A stretch of 64,000 nucleotides of DNA from an uncultured Gemmatimonadales bacterium (lineage in GTDB: Bacteria; Gemmatimonadota; Gemmatimonadetes; Longimicrobiales; Longimicrobiaceae). A program made the translations under genes and the position numbers. Positions 40,157 to 50,833 of this stretch are shown one piece after another (within the stretch, counting starts at the first letter, position 1; each line of letters starts with the position of its first letter). Under the pieces are notes generated by a model, which had not been told where the DNA came from, searched no databases, and was given only the letters and a program-made list of their open reading frames with translations. The stretch spans positions 3,776,001 through 3,840,000 of the forward strand of contig OY970303.1 in assembly GCA_963716255.1 (NCBI GenBank), read 5' to 3'.

Positions 40157-40264
40157 CGCCCGACCCGGCGGGCGGCGGCGTGGGCCTCACAAATGTCGGG
40201 GCGGAGCCGCACGCCAGCAAGGCGGCTCCGCCCCGGGAGGAGGCGCGGCGGGGGCGCGGGGGCC

Positions 40265-41332
40265 TCAGGCCACCGCGCCGAGTGGCACCTCCACGGCGGG
40301 CTCCGCGCGGCGGGCGAAGTCGCGGGCGTACCAGTCCAGCGCCTCCCGCAGGCCGTCCGCCACCGTGTGCGTGGGCTCGTACCCCAGCAGCGTGCGCACG
40401 CGAGAGATGTCCGCCTGCGACTCGCGCACGTCGCCCGCCCGCGCCTCGCGGTACAGGGGCAGGCGGCCGCGCAGCTCCGGGCTGTGGGCGGCCAGCCCGT
40501 CGCGGATCAGAAAGAACAGCTCGTTCAGGGTGGTGCGCTCGCCGCAGGCCACGTTGTACACGTGGTCGGTGGCCTCCTCCGGGGCGGCCGCGGCCAGCAG
40601 GTTCGCCTGCACCACGTTGGCCACGTAGCAGAAGTCGCGGCTGTTCTCGCCGTCGCCGTTGATGGCGCAGGGCTCCCCCGTGAGCAGGTTCCTCACCCAG
40701 ATGGGGATCACCGCCGCGTAGGGCCCCTCCGGGTCCTGGCGCCGGCCGAAGATGTTGAAGTAGCGCAGCCCCACCGTCTGGATCCCGTAGGCGCGCTGGT
40801 ACACCCCTGCGTACAGCTCGTTGACGTGCTTGGTCACCGCGTACGGCGAGAGCGCCCGGCCGATGTCGTCCTCGGTCTTGGGGAGGCCGGGCGAGTCGCC
40901 GTAGGTGGCGCTGGAGGCCGCGTACACGAAGCGCTTCACGCCGGCATCGCGGGCGGCCGTGAGCACGCTCAGGAAGCCGTTGACGTTGACGTCGTTGGCG
41001 AGCAGCGGCTGCTCCAGCGACAGGGGAACCGAGCCCAGCGCCGCGTGGTGGAGCACGTGGTCCACCCCGCGGCACGCCTCGCGGCAGGCGCGCAGGTCGC
41101 GGATGTCCCCCTCCAGCAGGCGGAAGCGGCGCAGGCGCGCCGGGTCGCCCCGCAGCGCCTCGTCCAGGTTGCGGGCGTGCCCCGTGGAGAAGTTGTCCAT
41201 CCCCACCACCGTCTGCCCCAGGTCGAGCAGGGCGTCCACCAGGTTGGACCCGATGAAGCCCGCGGCACCCGTGACGAGCCACGTCCGGGGACTGCGGCGC
41301 AGAAGGTCCTTCACTTCCTCGTAGCGACTCAT
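40265..41332 (-). CDS. UDP-GlcNAc(A) C4-epimerase (WbpP/TviC-like SDR)
   Basis: WLVTGAAGFIGSNL, AALGSVP, SPYAVTK, LRYFNIFG, SRDFCYV. Confidence 0.93.
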   Translation of the reverse strand: MSRYEEVKDLLRRSPRTWLVTGAAGFIGSNLVDALLDLGQTVVGMDNFSTGHARNLDEALRGDPARLRRFRLLEGDIRDLRACREACRGVDHVLHHAALGSVPLSLEQPLLANDVNVNGFLSVLTAARDAGVKRFVYAASSATYGDSPGLPKTEDDIGRALSPYAVTKHVNELYAGVYQRAYGIQTVGLRYFNIFGRRQDPEGPYAAVIPIWVRNLLTGEPCAINGDGENSRDFCYVANVVQANLLAAAAPEEATDHVYNVACGERTTLNELFFLIRDGLAAHSPELRGRLPLYREARAGDVRESQADISRVRTLLGYEPTHTVADGLREALDWYARDFARRAEPAVEVPLGAVA

Positions 41333-41390
41333 CGAGCCTCGGGAGTGTGCGTTCGGTCGTATGGGGGCGCGGGCGGTGGGCCCGCGCGGC

Positions 41391-42548
41391 TCAGATGCGG
41401 AGCGTCGGGGCGGCCGCCAGAGGCGGCGTCGCGAGCGGACTTTCGGGTGGCTCGTACAGGAGGAGCGCCTGGACGGCGCGCATGGCGGCGCGCCCGTCCC
41501 ACCCCTCGGGGCAGTGGACGCCGGGCCGGGCGCGTCCCTCGCCCCACGCCTCGCGGAAGGCGGCGAGGATGGCGTCGGTCCGGAGCGGGGCCTGCACGGT
41601 GCGCTGGCTGCGGTCGCGCGGGCCGGGACGGTCGGGGCGGGTGCGCAGGGCCACGCAGGGAATCCCCATCCCCCGCGCCATCACCTGCATCTCGGCCGAG
41701 TCGCTGACGAGCACGCCCGCGCCCTCCACCAGCGAGAGCATCTCCGAGTACCCGTCGGGTCGCGGGTCGCACAGGGCGTCCAGGAGCCCCGCGAGCCCGA
41801 ACTCCTCCACCCGCGCCCTCCCGCCGGCCGGGAGCACCACGGCCACCGGGAGTTCCTCCGCCACGCGGGCCAGCCCCTCCAGCGCCGCGCGCAGCGTTTC
41901 CGGGGTGCCCAGGGTGGCGGGGTGCTCCAGCGTGGCCGCCACGTAGCCGCCGCGCAGCAGCCCGAAGCGCCCCGGGTAGCCCAGCCCGATGGCGCGCGGG
42001 AGGAGCGAGAACAGGGTGTCGATGAGCATGCTTCCCACGAACACCACCCGGTCCTTCGCGATCCCCTCGCGGGTCAGGCTGGCGAAGGCCTCGTAGCTGG
42101 GGGTCAGGAGCACGTCCGAGAGGTGGTCCATGAGGATGCGGTTGGCCTCGTCCGCCACGCGCCAGTCGCCCTCGCGCATCCCGGCCTCCAGGTGCGCGAT
42201 CCGGAAGCCCACCTCCGCCCTCAGCTTGGAAAGCACGAAAGCGCAGGTGAGCGCCGCGTCCGTCTCCCCCATCAGGATGATCCAGTCCGGGCGGAGCCGC
42301 GAGGTGACCGGCTCCAGCGCCTGCATGGCCTGCACGATCTGCTGCGCGTGGCTCCCCGGGTCGATCTCCAGGCAGAAGTCCGGCCGGGGCACCTGGAGGT
42401 CGGCGAAAAGGGTGTCCAGCGGGCGCAGGTCCTCCGCCCTCCCGGTGAAGGCGAGCATCCCGTCCTCGCCGAACTCGCGCAGCGCCGCGAAGATCGGCGC
42501 GGCGCGCACCAGGTCCGCCTGGGCCCCGAGCAGCAGAAGGGTTCGCAT
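41391..42548 (-). CDS. UDP-GlcNAc 2-epimerase (WecB)-like protein with degenerate motifs
   Basis: GSHAQQ, AHLEAGMRE..DEANR, GSMLID, SDSAEMQ, GWDGRAA; many canonical residues replaced. Confidence 0.8.
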   Translation of the reverse strand: MRTLLLLGAQADLVRAAPIFAALREFGEDGMLAFTGRAEDLRPLDTLFADLQVPRPDFCLEIDPGSHAQQIVQAMQALEPVTSRLRPDWIILMGETDAALTCAFVLSKLRAEVGFRIAHLEAGMREGDWRVADEANRILMDHLSDVLLTPSYEAFASLTREGIAKDRVVFVGSMLIDTLFSLLPRAIGLGYPGRFGLLRGGYVAATLEHPATLGTPETLRAALEGLARVAEELPVAVVLPAGGRARVEEFGLAGLLDALCDPRPDGYSEMLSLVEGAGVLVSDSAEMQVMARGMGIPCVALRTRPDRPGPRDRSQRTVQAPLRTDAILAAFREAWGEGRARPGVHCPEGWDGRAAMRAVQALLLYEPPESPLATPPLAAAPTLRI

Positions 42549-42552
42549 CGGC

Positions 42553-43938
42553 TCAGTCGGCGGCGAAGGAGGCTTCGGCGGCCGGCGCCGACCGGTACTC
42601 GCCGGAAAGGCCCACCACCCGCGCGGTTCCCTGCAAGCCGCGCATGGTCCCGCGGGTGTCCACCACCAGGTGCGCGTTCTCGGCCACCCTGCGGTAGCTG
42701 ACCGCAGAGTGGTCGGTGACCACCACCACCGCGTCCATGGTCTGCAGGATGCAGTCGGAGAGCTCCACGCTGCGCATGGGGAGGTTGCGCAGCGGGGTGT
42801 GGCCGTCGTCGCGGATGACGGGGCAGTGCGGGTCGTGGTAGAACACCCAGGCGCCGCGCTCCTGGAGGAGCTGCATGATCTCCAGGGCGGGGCTCTCGCG
42901 CAGGTCGTCCACGTCCTTCTTGTACGACACGCCCAGCACCAGCACCCGGCTTCCGCGCACCGCCTTGGCGTCGTCGTTGAGGGCGTCGGCCACCTTGCGC
43001 ACCACGAAGGCCGGCATCTCGGAGTTGATCTCGCTGGCCACCTCGATCATGCGCGTCTTGAAGGCCAGCGTCCTCATCTTCCACGAGAGGTAGTGCGGGT
43101 CCAGGGGGATGCAGTGCCCGCCGAGCCCCGGCCCCGGGAGGAACTTCATGAAGCCGAACGGCTTGGTCCCCGCCGCCTCCACCACCCCCCAGACGTCCAC
43201 CCCCAGCCGGTCGCACGCCTGGGCCATCTCGTTGACCAGCGCGATGTTGACCATGCGAAAAGTGTTCTCGTACACCTTGACCAGCTCGGCCGCCTCCGTG
43301 CTCTCCACCGGCACCATGGTGTCGAACACGCGGGCGTAGAAGGCGAGCCCCGCCTCCAGGCACGCCGGGGTGACGCCGCCGATGACCTTGGGGGTGTTGC
43401 GCGTCTGCCAGCGGATGTTGCCGGGGTCCACGCGCTCCGGCGAGAAGCACAGGAAGAAGTCCTCGCCCACGCGCAGCCCGCTCTCCTCCAGGATGGGGAG
43501 GACCACCTCGCGCGTGGTGCCGGGGAAGGTGGTGCTTTCCAGGATCACCAGCTGTCCGGGGCGGAGCGCGGCCCGGATCGCCTGCGCCGCGGCGACCACG
43601 TAGGACAGGTCGGGGTCCTTGGTCTTGTTGAGCGGCGTGGGGACGCAGATGGAGACCACGTCGCACTCCGCCAGGCGCTCCAGGTCGCAGGTGGCGTCCA
43701 GGAGCCCCTCGCCCACGTATGCCCGCACCACCTCGCTGGGCACGTCCTGGATGTGGCTCTCGCGGCGGTTGATGCGAGCGACCACCTGCTCGTTCACGTC
43801 GACGCCGACCACGCGGTACCCGCTGCGCGCGATCTCCACCGCGAGCGGGAGCCCCACGTAGCCCAGGCCGATCACGCCGGCGACGGCCGTGTTGTCTCTG
43901 CACTGGTCAAGCAGCATCTGGTGCGCCTGGTTCGTCAT
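42553..43938 (-). CDS. Nucleotide-sugar dehydrogenase (UDP-GlcNAc 6-dehydrogenase, WbpA-like)
   Basis: GLGYVGLPLA, CVPTP, ESTTFPG, SPERVDPG, GGHCIPLDP, YKKDVDDLRESP. Confidence 0.95.
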   Translation of the reverse strand: MTNQAHQMLLDQCRDNTAVAGVIGLGYVGLPLAVEIARSGYRVVGVDVNEQVVARINRRESHIQDVPSEVVRAYVGEGLLDATCDLERLAECDVVSICVPTPLNKTKDPDLSYVVAAAQAIRAALRPGQLVILESTTFPGTTREVVLPILEESGLRVGEDFFLCFSPERVDPGNIRWQTRNTPKVIGGVTPACLEAGLAFYARVFDTMVPVESTEAAELVKVYENTFRMVNIALVNEMAQACDRLGVDVWGVVEAAGTKPFGFMKFLPGPGLGGHCIPLDPHYLSWKMRTLAFKTRMIEVASEINSEMPAFVVRKVADALNDDAKAVRGSRVLVLGVSYKKDVDDLRESPALEIMQLLQERGAWVFYHDPHCPVIRDDGHTPLRNLPMRSVELSDCILQTMDAVVVVTDHSAVSYRRVAENAHLVVDTRGTMRGLQGTARVVGLSGEYRSAPAAEASFAAD

Positions 43939-44034
43939 CTGGACTTGTCCGGAGGTGCCGCGTGTGGCCGGACGCGGTCAGCGGGCAAGGTGCCCGTGCT
44001 CGGCCCGCCGACGTGTGTTCGGGCCCCCACCACA

Positions 44035-44050
44035 AGCACCCCCCGTGCCG
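44035..44050 (-). promoter_or_regulatory. sigma54 promoter of the nucleotide-sugar operon
   Basis: Minus strand CGGCACGGGGGGTGCT. Confidence 0.55.
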
Positions 44051-44191
44051 GACGCCGGCGCGGCGGCGCGGAACCGGACGGCGTGCGCGGGAGCGGCGGG
44101 ATCGTGCTCTGCCGCCGCCCTCTCGCGGCCCCGCCGCCGCGCGCCCCCGGGGCCCGCCGGCCCCGCCGCGCCGCCGCATAACTGTGGAGCC

Positions 44192-44207
44192 GATCCAACA
44201 GGTGTTG
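44192..44207 (+). promoter_or_regulatory. Palindromic enhancer-like motif GATCCAACAGGTGTTG
   Basis: Identical to 40141..40156 read on the minus strand. Confidence 0.55.
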
Positions 44208-44373
44208 ACGGTGGGGTACCCCCCGGGCCCCGGGGCCGGCCTTCATTCCTCCCCGGGCGACACGCCGCGGCCCCTGTCGCCGCGGGGGGGCGGGGTTTAT
44301 CGTATGGCCGGGGCGCGCCTCTCCCGCCGGCGCTGCAGCCCCGGCCAGCAAGCCACCCACACGCGACACGCTC

Positions 44374-45021
44374 ATGGCCGAGACACTCGCCGCGCTCCGG
44401 GAGCGGTTCGCGGGATCACGCGCGTACGCGGTGCTGCGGGCGCTGCGCCGCACTCCGGATCGTCTCCTCCACCCCGGGCGAAGGCGGGCCGCACTGCGGG
44501 AGCTGCGGGAGTCGGACCGGCCCAACACCGTGGTGTTCGTGTGCTACGGCAACATCTGCCGGAGCCCGTACGCCGCGGCGGCCTTCCTGCGCGCGCTCCC
44601 CCCGGAGCTGGCGGGGATCCGCACCTCCTCCGCGGGGATGGTGGGGGCGAACCGGCCGGCTCCCCGCGAGGGGATCGCCGTGGCGGGGCGGCGGGGGATC
44701 GACCTGTCGGGCCACCGCGCGACGCTGCTCACCCGCGAGGCGGCGCGCACGGCCGGGCTGGTGGTGGTGATGAGCGAGGACCAGCGGCGCTCCGTGGTCC
44801 ACGACTTCGGGCGCGCGCCGCGGGGAATCGTGGTGCTGGGCGACCTGGACCCGCTCCCCATAGACCTGCGCACCGTGCGCGACCCCTGGCGCCAGCCGGA
44901 GGCGGCGTTCGAGGACAGCTACGCCCGCATCGACCGCTGCGTGCGCGAGCTGGTGAACGCGCTGGCGGGGGCGGGCTCCACGCCGGAGGACGCCCCGGGA
45001 GAGGCCGCGGGGCGCGCGTAG
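44374..45021 (+). CDS. Low-molecular-weight protein-tyrosine phosphatase (Wzb-like)
   Basis: VCYGNICRSP P-loop, SSAG, DPW. Confidence 0.92.
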   Translation: MAETLAALRERFAGSRAYAVLRALRRTPDRLLHPGRRRAALRELRESDRPNTVVFVCYGNICRSPYAAAAFLRALPPELAGIRTSSAGMVGANRPAPREGIAVAGRRGIDLSGHRATLLTREAARTAGLVVVMSEDQRRSVVHDFGRAPRGIVVLGDLDPLPIDLRTVRDPWRQPEAAFEDSYARIDRCVRELVNALAGAGSTPEDAPGEAAGRA

Positions 45022-45271
45022 CGCCCGCGCACCACCCCGGAGTGTTGGAGCGGCGCATCACCTGCCGGGCGTCCGCACGCCCCGGCCCCCCACGATCCTC
45101 CGCTTCCCGCCGCAACCGCGACCTCCGCACCGCGCCGGAACGCGTGCCCCCGCGGCGAGATCCGCCCCCGCCGCCGGCCCTGCCCCGCGGCCGCGGGCGC
45201 CCCGCGCAGCCCGGCCCGGTCCCTGCTCCGGCGGGGCGCGGCAACCACGCCGCGACGACCGCACCCCGATC

Positions 45272-46120
45272 ATGCACCATCACTTCACCGTCGACGTAGA
45301 GGAGTACTTCCAGGTCTCCGCCATGGAGCCGCACGTCCCCCGCGCCCGCTGGGACTCCATCCCCGGCCGCATGGAGGCGGGGACGCGCCAGCTCCTGGAG
45401 ATGCTGGCCGAGCACGGCGCGCGCGGCACCTTCTTCGTGCTGGGGTGGATCGCCGAGCGCCACCCCGCGCTGGTGCGCGACATCGCCGCGGCCGGCCACG
45501 AGGTGGCGTCCCACGGCTGGGGACACCGCCGCGTGACGCACCTCACCCCGGAGCAGTTCCGCCGCTCGGTGCGCGCCTCCAGGGAGGTGCTGGAGGATCT
45601 TGCGGGGGCGCCGGTGCTGGGCTACCGCGCGCCCAGCTTTTCCATCGCCGCGGGGTGCGAGTGGGCGCTGGACGTGCTGCTGGAGGAGGGGTACCGCTAC
45701 GACTCCAGCCGCTTTCCCATCCGCCGCCGCGGCTACGGCTTCGCCGGGGGCGGGCGCGACCCGCACTGGCTGGAGCGGGAGGCGGGCCGCCTGGGCGAGG
45801 TGCCGCCCGCCACCCTGCGCGTGGGCGGCAGCAACCTCCCGGCGGGAGGCGGGGCGTACTTCCGCCTCTTCCCCTACGCGCTGGTGCGCGCCGCCTTCCG
45901 CGAGGCCGAGCGCCGTGGCGCGCCCGCCACCTTCTACATCCACCCCTGGGAGCTGGACCCGGAGCAGCCGCGCATCCCCGTGCCGCTCACCACCCGCATT
46001 CGCCACTACGGCGGGCTGCGGCGCACGGTCCCGCGCCTGCGGAAGCTGCTGGGGGAGTTCCGCTTCCAGCCCATCGCCCGCACCCTGGAGCTGGAGGCCG
46101 CCCCGTGCCCGGCACGCTGA
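45272..46120 (+). CDS. XrtA/PEP-CTERM-system polysaccharide deacetylase
   Basis: FTVDVEEYFQ, TFFVLGW, ASHGWGH, GYRAPSFS, GGGAYFR, FYIHPWELDPEQPR. Confidence 0.92.
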   Translation: MHHHFTVDVEEYFQVSAMEPHVPRARWDSIPGRMEAGTRQLLEMLAEHGARGTFFVLGWIAERHPALVRDIAAAGHEVASHGWGHRRVTHLTPEQFRRSVRASREVLEDLAGAPVLGYRAPSFSIAAGCEWALDVLLEEGYRYDSSRFPIRRRGYGFAGGGRDPHWLEREAGRLGEVPPATLRVGGSNLPAGGGAYFRLFPYALVRAAFREAERRGAPATFYIHPWELDPEQPRIPVPLTTRIRHYGGLRRTVPRLRKLLGEFRFQPIARTLELEAAPCPAR

Positions 46121-47169
46121 GCGAGGCGCCCGCCGGGGCCCCGCCGCGCATCCGCGAGGCGGCGGCGGACGACGCCCGCTGGGACGCCTTCGTGGCCGGG
46201 GCGGAGGGGAGCACCTTCTGCCACCTGGCCGGGTGGCGCGAGGTCATGGCGGAGGTGATGGGGCACGAGTGCCTGTACCTGGCCGCCGAGGCGGAGGACG
46301 GGAGCTGGGCCGGAGTGCTCCCCCTGGTGCGCGTGCGGGGCGGGATCTTCGGGCACTACCTGCTCTCCATGCCCTTCCTCAACGACGGCGGCCCGCTGGG
46401 CCCGGCCGGGGTGCGCCGGCTCCTGGCCGCGCGGGCGGTGGAAGAGGCGCGCCGGATGGGGGTGGACCTGCTGGAGATGCGCGTGCGCGAGCCGCTGGCC
46501 GGCGACGCCCTGGCCGAGTCGCAGCGCAAGGTGACCGTGCTCCTCCCCCTCCCGGCGACGGCGGAGGAGCTGTGGGAGAAGGGGTTCCGCGCCAAGCTGC
46601 GCAGCCAGATCAGGCGGCCCCAGAAGGAAGGGCTCACCACGCGCTTCGGCGCGGACCAGGCGGAGCCCTTCTACGAGGTGTTCGCCCGCAACATGCGCGA
46701 CCTGGGGACGCCGGTGCTCCCGCGCGCCTTCTTCGAGCGGATCGCGCGGGTCTTCCCGGAGCAGGCGCGCTTCGCCGTGGTGTATTCCGGCGACACGCCG
46801 GTGGCGGCGGGGTGCGGCTTCGCCTGGCGCGGGGAGTTCGAGATCACCTGGGCCTCGGCGCTGCGCGAGTTCAACTCCGTATCCCCCAACATGCTCCTGT
46901 ACTGGGCGCTGATGGAGCGGGTGATCGGCGAGGGGGTGCGGACCTTCAACTTCGGGCGGTGCACGCCGGGAGCCGGTACGCACCGCTTCAAGCAGCAGTG
47001 GGGCGGGAGCGACGTGCCGCTTCCCTGGGCGCAGTGGTCGGCGGGCGGAGTGGCGGCCACGCCGTCGCCGGACCGGCCGGTGTTCCGCCTGGCGACCGCC
47101 GCCTGGCAGCGGCTCCCCGTGCCGGTGGCCAACCTGGTGGGCCCCGTGCTCGCCCGGCGGCTCCCCTGA
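46105..47169 (+). CDS. FemAB-like GNAT protein, XrtA/PEP-CTERM-associated
   Basis: LSMPFLNDGG, KLRSQIRR, NMRDLGTP, PNMLLYW, FNFGRC..FKQQWG. Confidence 0.9.
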   Translation: MPGTLSEAPAGAPPRIREAAADDARWDAFVAGAEGSTFCHLAGWREVMAEVMGHECLYLAAEAEDGSWAGVLPLVRVRGGIFGHYLLSMPFLNDGGPLGPAGVRRLLAARAVEEARRMGVDLLEMRVREPLAGDALAESQRKVTVLLPLPATAEELWEKGFRAKLRSQIRRPQKEGLTTRFGADQAEPFYEVFARNMRDLGTPVLPRAFFERIARVFPEQARFAVVYSGDTPVAAGCGFAWRGEFEITWASALREFNSVSPNMLLYWALMERVIGEGVRTFNFGRCTPGAGTHRFKQQWGGSDVPLPWAQWSAGGVAATPSPDRPVFRLATAAWQRLPVPVANLVGPVLARRLP

Positions 47170-47182
47170 CGGCGCGCCCCGC

Positions 47183-48361
47183 ATGCCGCTGAGGCACCAG
47201 CTGGCGGTGTATTCCCCCGTCTCCCTGCGCGCGGGCGGGCGCGCCGCGGGCGACGCCCTTCGCCGCGGCACCGACCCGCGCTCCCTGCTGCTGGTGGAGC
47301 TGCTGCGCGACTACGCCGCCCGGAGCGGCGCGCTCTCCGGGAGCGGCACGCAGGCGCTGCAGCTCGCGCTGGCGGAGGCCCGGCGGCGCGGCGGGGACGC
47401 CCCGGTGGCGCTCCCCGCCTTCAGCTGCTACGACGTCGCGGCGGCGGCGGTGGGCGAGGGCGTCCGCGTGGCCCTGTACGACGTGGACCCCGACACCCTC
47501 GCGCCCGACCCGGCGTCGCTGGAGCGCGTGCTCGCGGCCGGGGCGGGGGCGGTGGTGGCGGGGCCGCTGTACGGGGTGCCGCTGGAGTGGGACTCGCTGC
47601 GCGCGGCGGCGGACCGGCACGGCGCGCTGCTGGTGGAGGACGCGGCGCAGGGGCACGGCGCGTCGTGGCAGGGCCGGCCGCTGGGGAGCCTGGGCGACCT
47701 GAGCGTCCTCAGCTTCGGGCGGGGGAAGGGATGGACGGGCGGACGCGGCGGGGCCCTCCTGGGCCGGGGCGGGGCGGCCGCGGCGCCGGGCGCGCTCCCC
47801 GTGCCCACCCCCGCCGACGAGGCGAGGACCGCCGTGCTGGTGGCGGCGCAGTGGCTGCTGGGGCGGCCGGGGGTCTACGGGATCCCGGCCTCCATCCCCG
47901 GCCTGGGGCTGGGCGAGACGACCTACCACGACCCTTCACCGCCCGCGGGGATCACCCGCGCCGCCGCGGCGCTCCTCCGGCACGCGCGCGAGGGCTCGCG
48001 CGGCGAGGCCGCGGCGCGGCGGGCAAACGCCGCGGCGCTGCTCGCTCGGCTCCCCGTGGGCCGCGGCGCGCGCGCCGTGCGCGTGCCGGCGAGCGCGGAG
48101 GCGGGGTGGCTTCGCCTGCCGCTGCGGCTCCCGCGCGGCATGGACGGGCTCGCCTCGCCCGCGCGCGCCCGGCGCCTGGGGGTGGCGGCGAGCTACCCCA
48201 CCACGCTGGCGGCGCTGCCGCAGCTCCGCCCGCTGCTGGCGGGGCCGGAGACGCGCTGGCCCGGGGCGGAGGCGCTGGTGCGCGAGCTGGTCACCCTCCC
48301 CACCCACTCGCGGGTCACGGCCGCCGAGCGCGAGGAGATCCTGGCGATGCTCCCCGGCTGA
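47183..48361 (+). CDS. DegT/DnrJ/EryC1/StrS-family aminotransferase-like protein
   Basis: SGTQAL, LVEDAAQ, SFGRGK (PLP Lys), LVTLPTH. Confidence 0.85.
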   Translation: MPLRHQLAVYSPVSLRAGGRAAGDALRRGTDPRSLLLVELLRDYAARSGALSGSGTQALQLALAEARRRGGDAPVALPAFSCYDVAAAAVGEGVRVALYDVDPDTLAPDPASLERVLAAGAGAVVAGPLYGVPLEWDSLRAAADRHGALLVEDAAQGHGASWQGRPLGSLGDLSVLSFGRGKGWTGGRGGALLGRGGAAAAPGALPVPTPADEARTAVLVAAQWLLGRPGVYGIPASIPGLGLGETTYHDPSPPAGITRAAAALLRHAREGSRGEAAARRANAAALLARLPVGRGARAVRVPASAEAGWLRLPLRLPRGMDGLASPARARRLGVAASYPTTLAALPQLRPLLAGPETRWPGAEALVRELVTLPTHSRVTAAEREEILAMLPG

Positions 48362-48683
48362 ACGCCGCCCCGGACCCCTCCGGATCACGGAGTGGCCGGT
48401 ACGGTTCGTCCGCCCGGCGCGGAGTTGCGCCTTCTCCGGGGCCTGATTATACTTGCGGCGCTTCCCGGCACCAGAAAGTGAGGTTGAGCACCGCGTCTTC
48501 CCGACGCGGTGCGCTGCTTTTGCCGGAGTGTGCCTCTGCGCACCGAAGCCCGACCCCGGCAGACGCCGGGACCCGGCATGCCGGGTGTCCGCGAGCTGCT
48601 CGCTCGACGAGCGCGGCGGACGTTTCCACCGCGAGCGCGGCTCGACCCCGTACGGGTCGCAGCGCGCCGCACCCAATACCACA

Positions 48684-48773
48684 CGCTGCTCAGAGCAAAG
48701 CCGTCGAAAGGCGGTGACGCAGAGCCACGGGACTAACGCAGGGTTTCCTGCCAGGTTAGCCGGGCCGCCAGCG
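48684..48773 (+). ncRNA. GEMM-I (c-di-GMP-I family) riboswitch, A20 variant
   Basis: P1 cgctg/cagcg; CAG-A-GCAAA, P2 gccgtc-GAAA-ggcggt, GACGC-AGA-GCC, receptor ggactaa, 3' gccgggccgCC; downstream competing hairpin gccgccagc..gctggcggc. Confidence 0.88.
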
Positions 48774-48954
48774 ATGCGATTCCCCGCCCGGGACTCGTAG
48801 CTGGCGGCCTGTTGTCGTTTTCCCAGGCCGCTCCCTGCTACAGCCCGGTCGTGGACGCCCACGCCCTGCGCACTTCCGCGCAGGGCCCGGGCACTGGCGT
48901 TCCGGAGCCGCGGCCCCGGAAGCGTTCACGGCATCGAGACGTAGGAGTGGGTCA

Positions 48955-50187
<1,233 letters not shown>

Positions 50188-50565
50188 CGTCCTGACTCCT
50201 TCCGCCGCCAGCGCGGACCGGGGCCCCTGCGATCGCCGCAGGGGCCCCGGTCGCGTTCCTGCCTGGAGGCCTCCGGCTCCCCGTCCGGCGCGGGCCCGGC
50301 TTCAACGGCGACGCGGCCGCCTACCGGACCGCCCGGCGCTCCGGCTCCGGAGGCGGACTCCGGCCGGAACCGGGCCGTCAGCTTCGGGACCGGCGTCGGG
50401 CAAAGGCGGGACGCGATGCCGCGGGCCAGTTGCATCTCGCAAAGTTTCCGGGATCGTGCAAGTGTGCGAAGGGGCTTCCGCGTGCGTGTCCGCCACGTGC
50501 GGAAAACACGTAAGCTGCGCGCACGCAGTGTTTTGACGTCTCATTGACGGGCGTCTCCCCGCCGC

Positions 50566-50580
50566 TGGAACACCCGTTGC
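50566..50580 (+). promoter_or_regulatory. sigma54 promoter upstream of riboswitch 2
   Basis: TGGAACACCCGTTGC. Confidence 0.65.
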
Positions 50581-50635
50581 CCATGCACGGGGTTCCGGAA
50601 GAGCTCCTTCCGGCCGCACCCCTCCATATAGACTT

Positions 50636-50726
50636 CGCTGCCCAGAGCAAAACCGTCGAAAGACGGTGACGCAGAGCCACGGGACTAACACAGGCCTCGC
50701 CTGTCATGTCCGCCGAGCCGCCAGCG
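50636..50726 (+). ncRNA. GEMM-I (c-di-GMP-I family) riboswitch, A20 variant
   Basis: cgctg-cccag-A-gcaaa-accgtc-GAAA-gacggt-gacgcagagccacgggactaa...gccgagccgCCagcg; same expression platform as copy 1. Confidence 0.88.
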
Positions 50727-50833
50727 TCGCGATTCCCTTCCCGGGGACTCGTGGCTGGCGGCGTTCTGCGTCCAGCCCACCCGACGGGACGGGATCCGGA
50801 GGTCCGGATCCACCTCATCCGCCAGCTGGGCCC

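Noticed and set aside
48541..48575. Fragment ccgaagcccgaccccggc resembling the structured repeat 3' end
   Set aside because: Only about 18 nt match and the other stems are absent; at most a remnant
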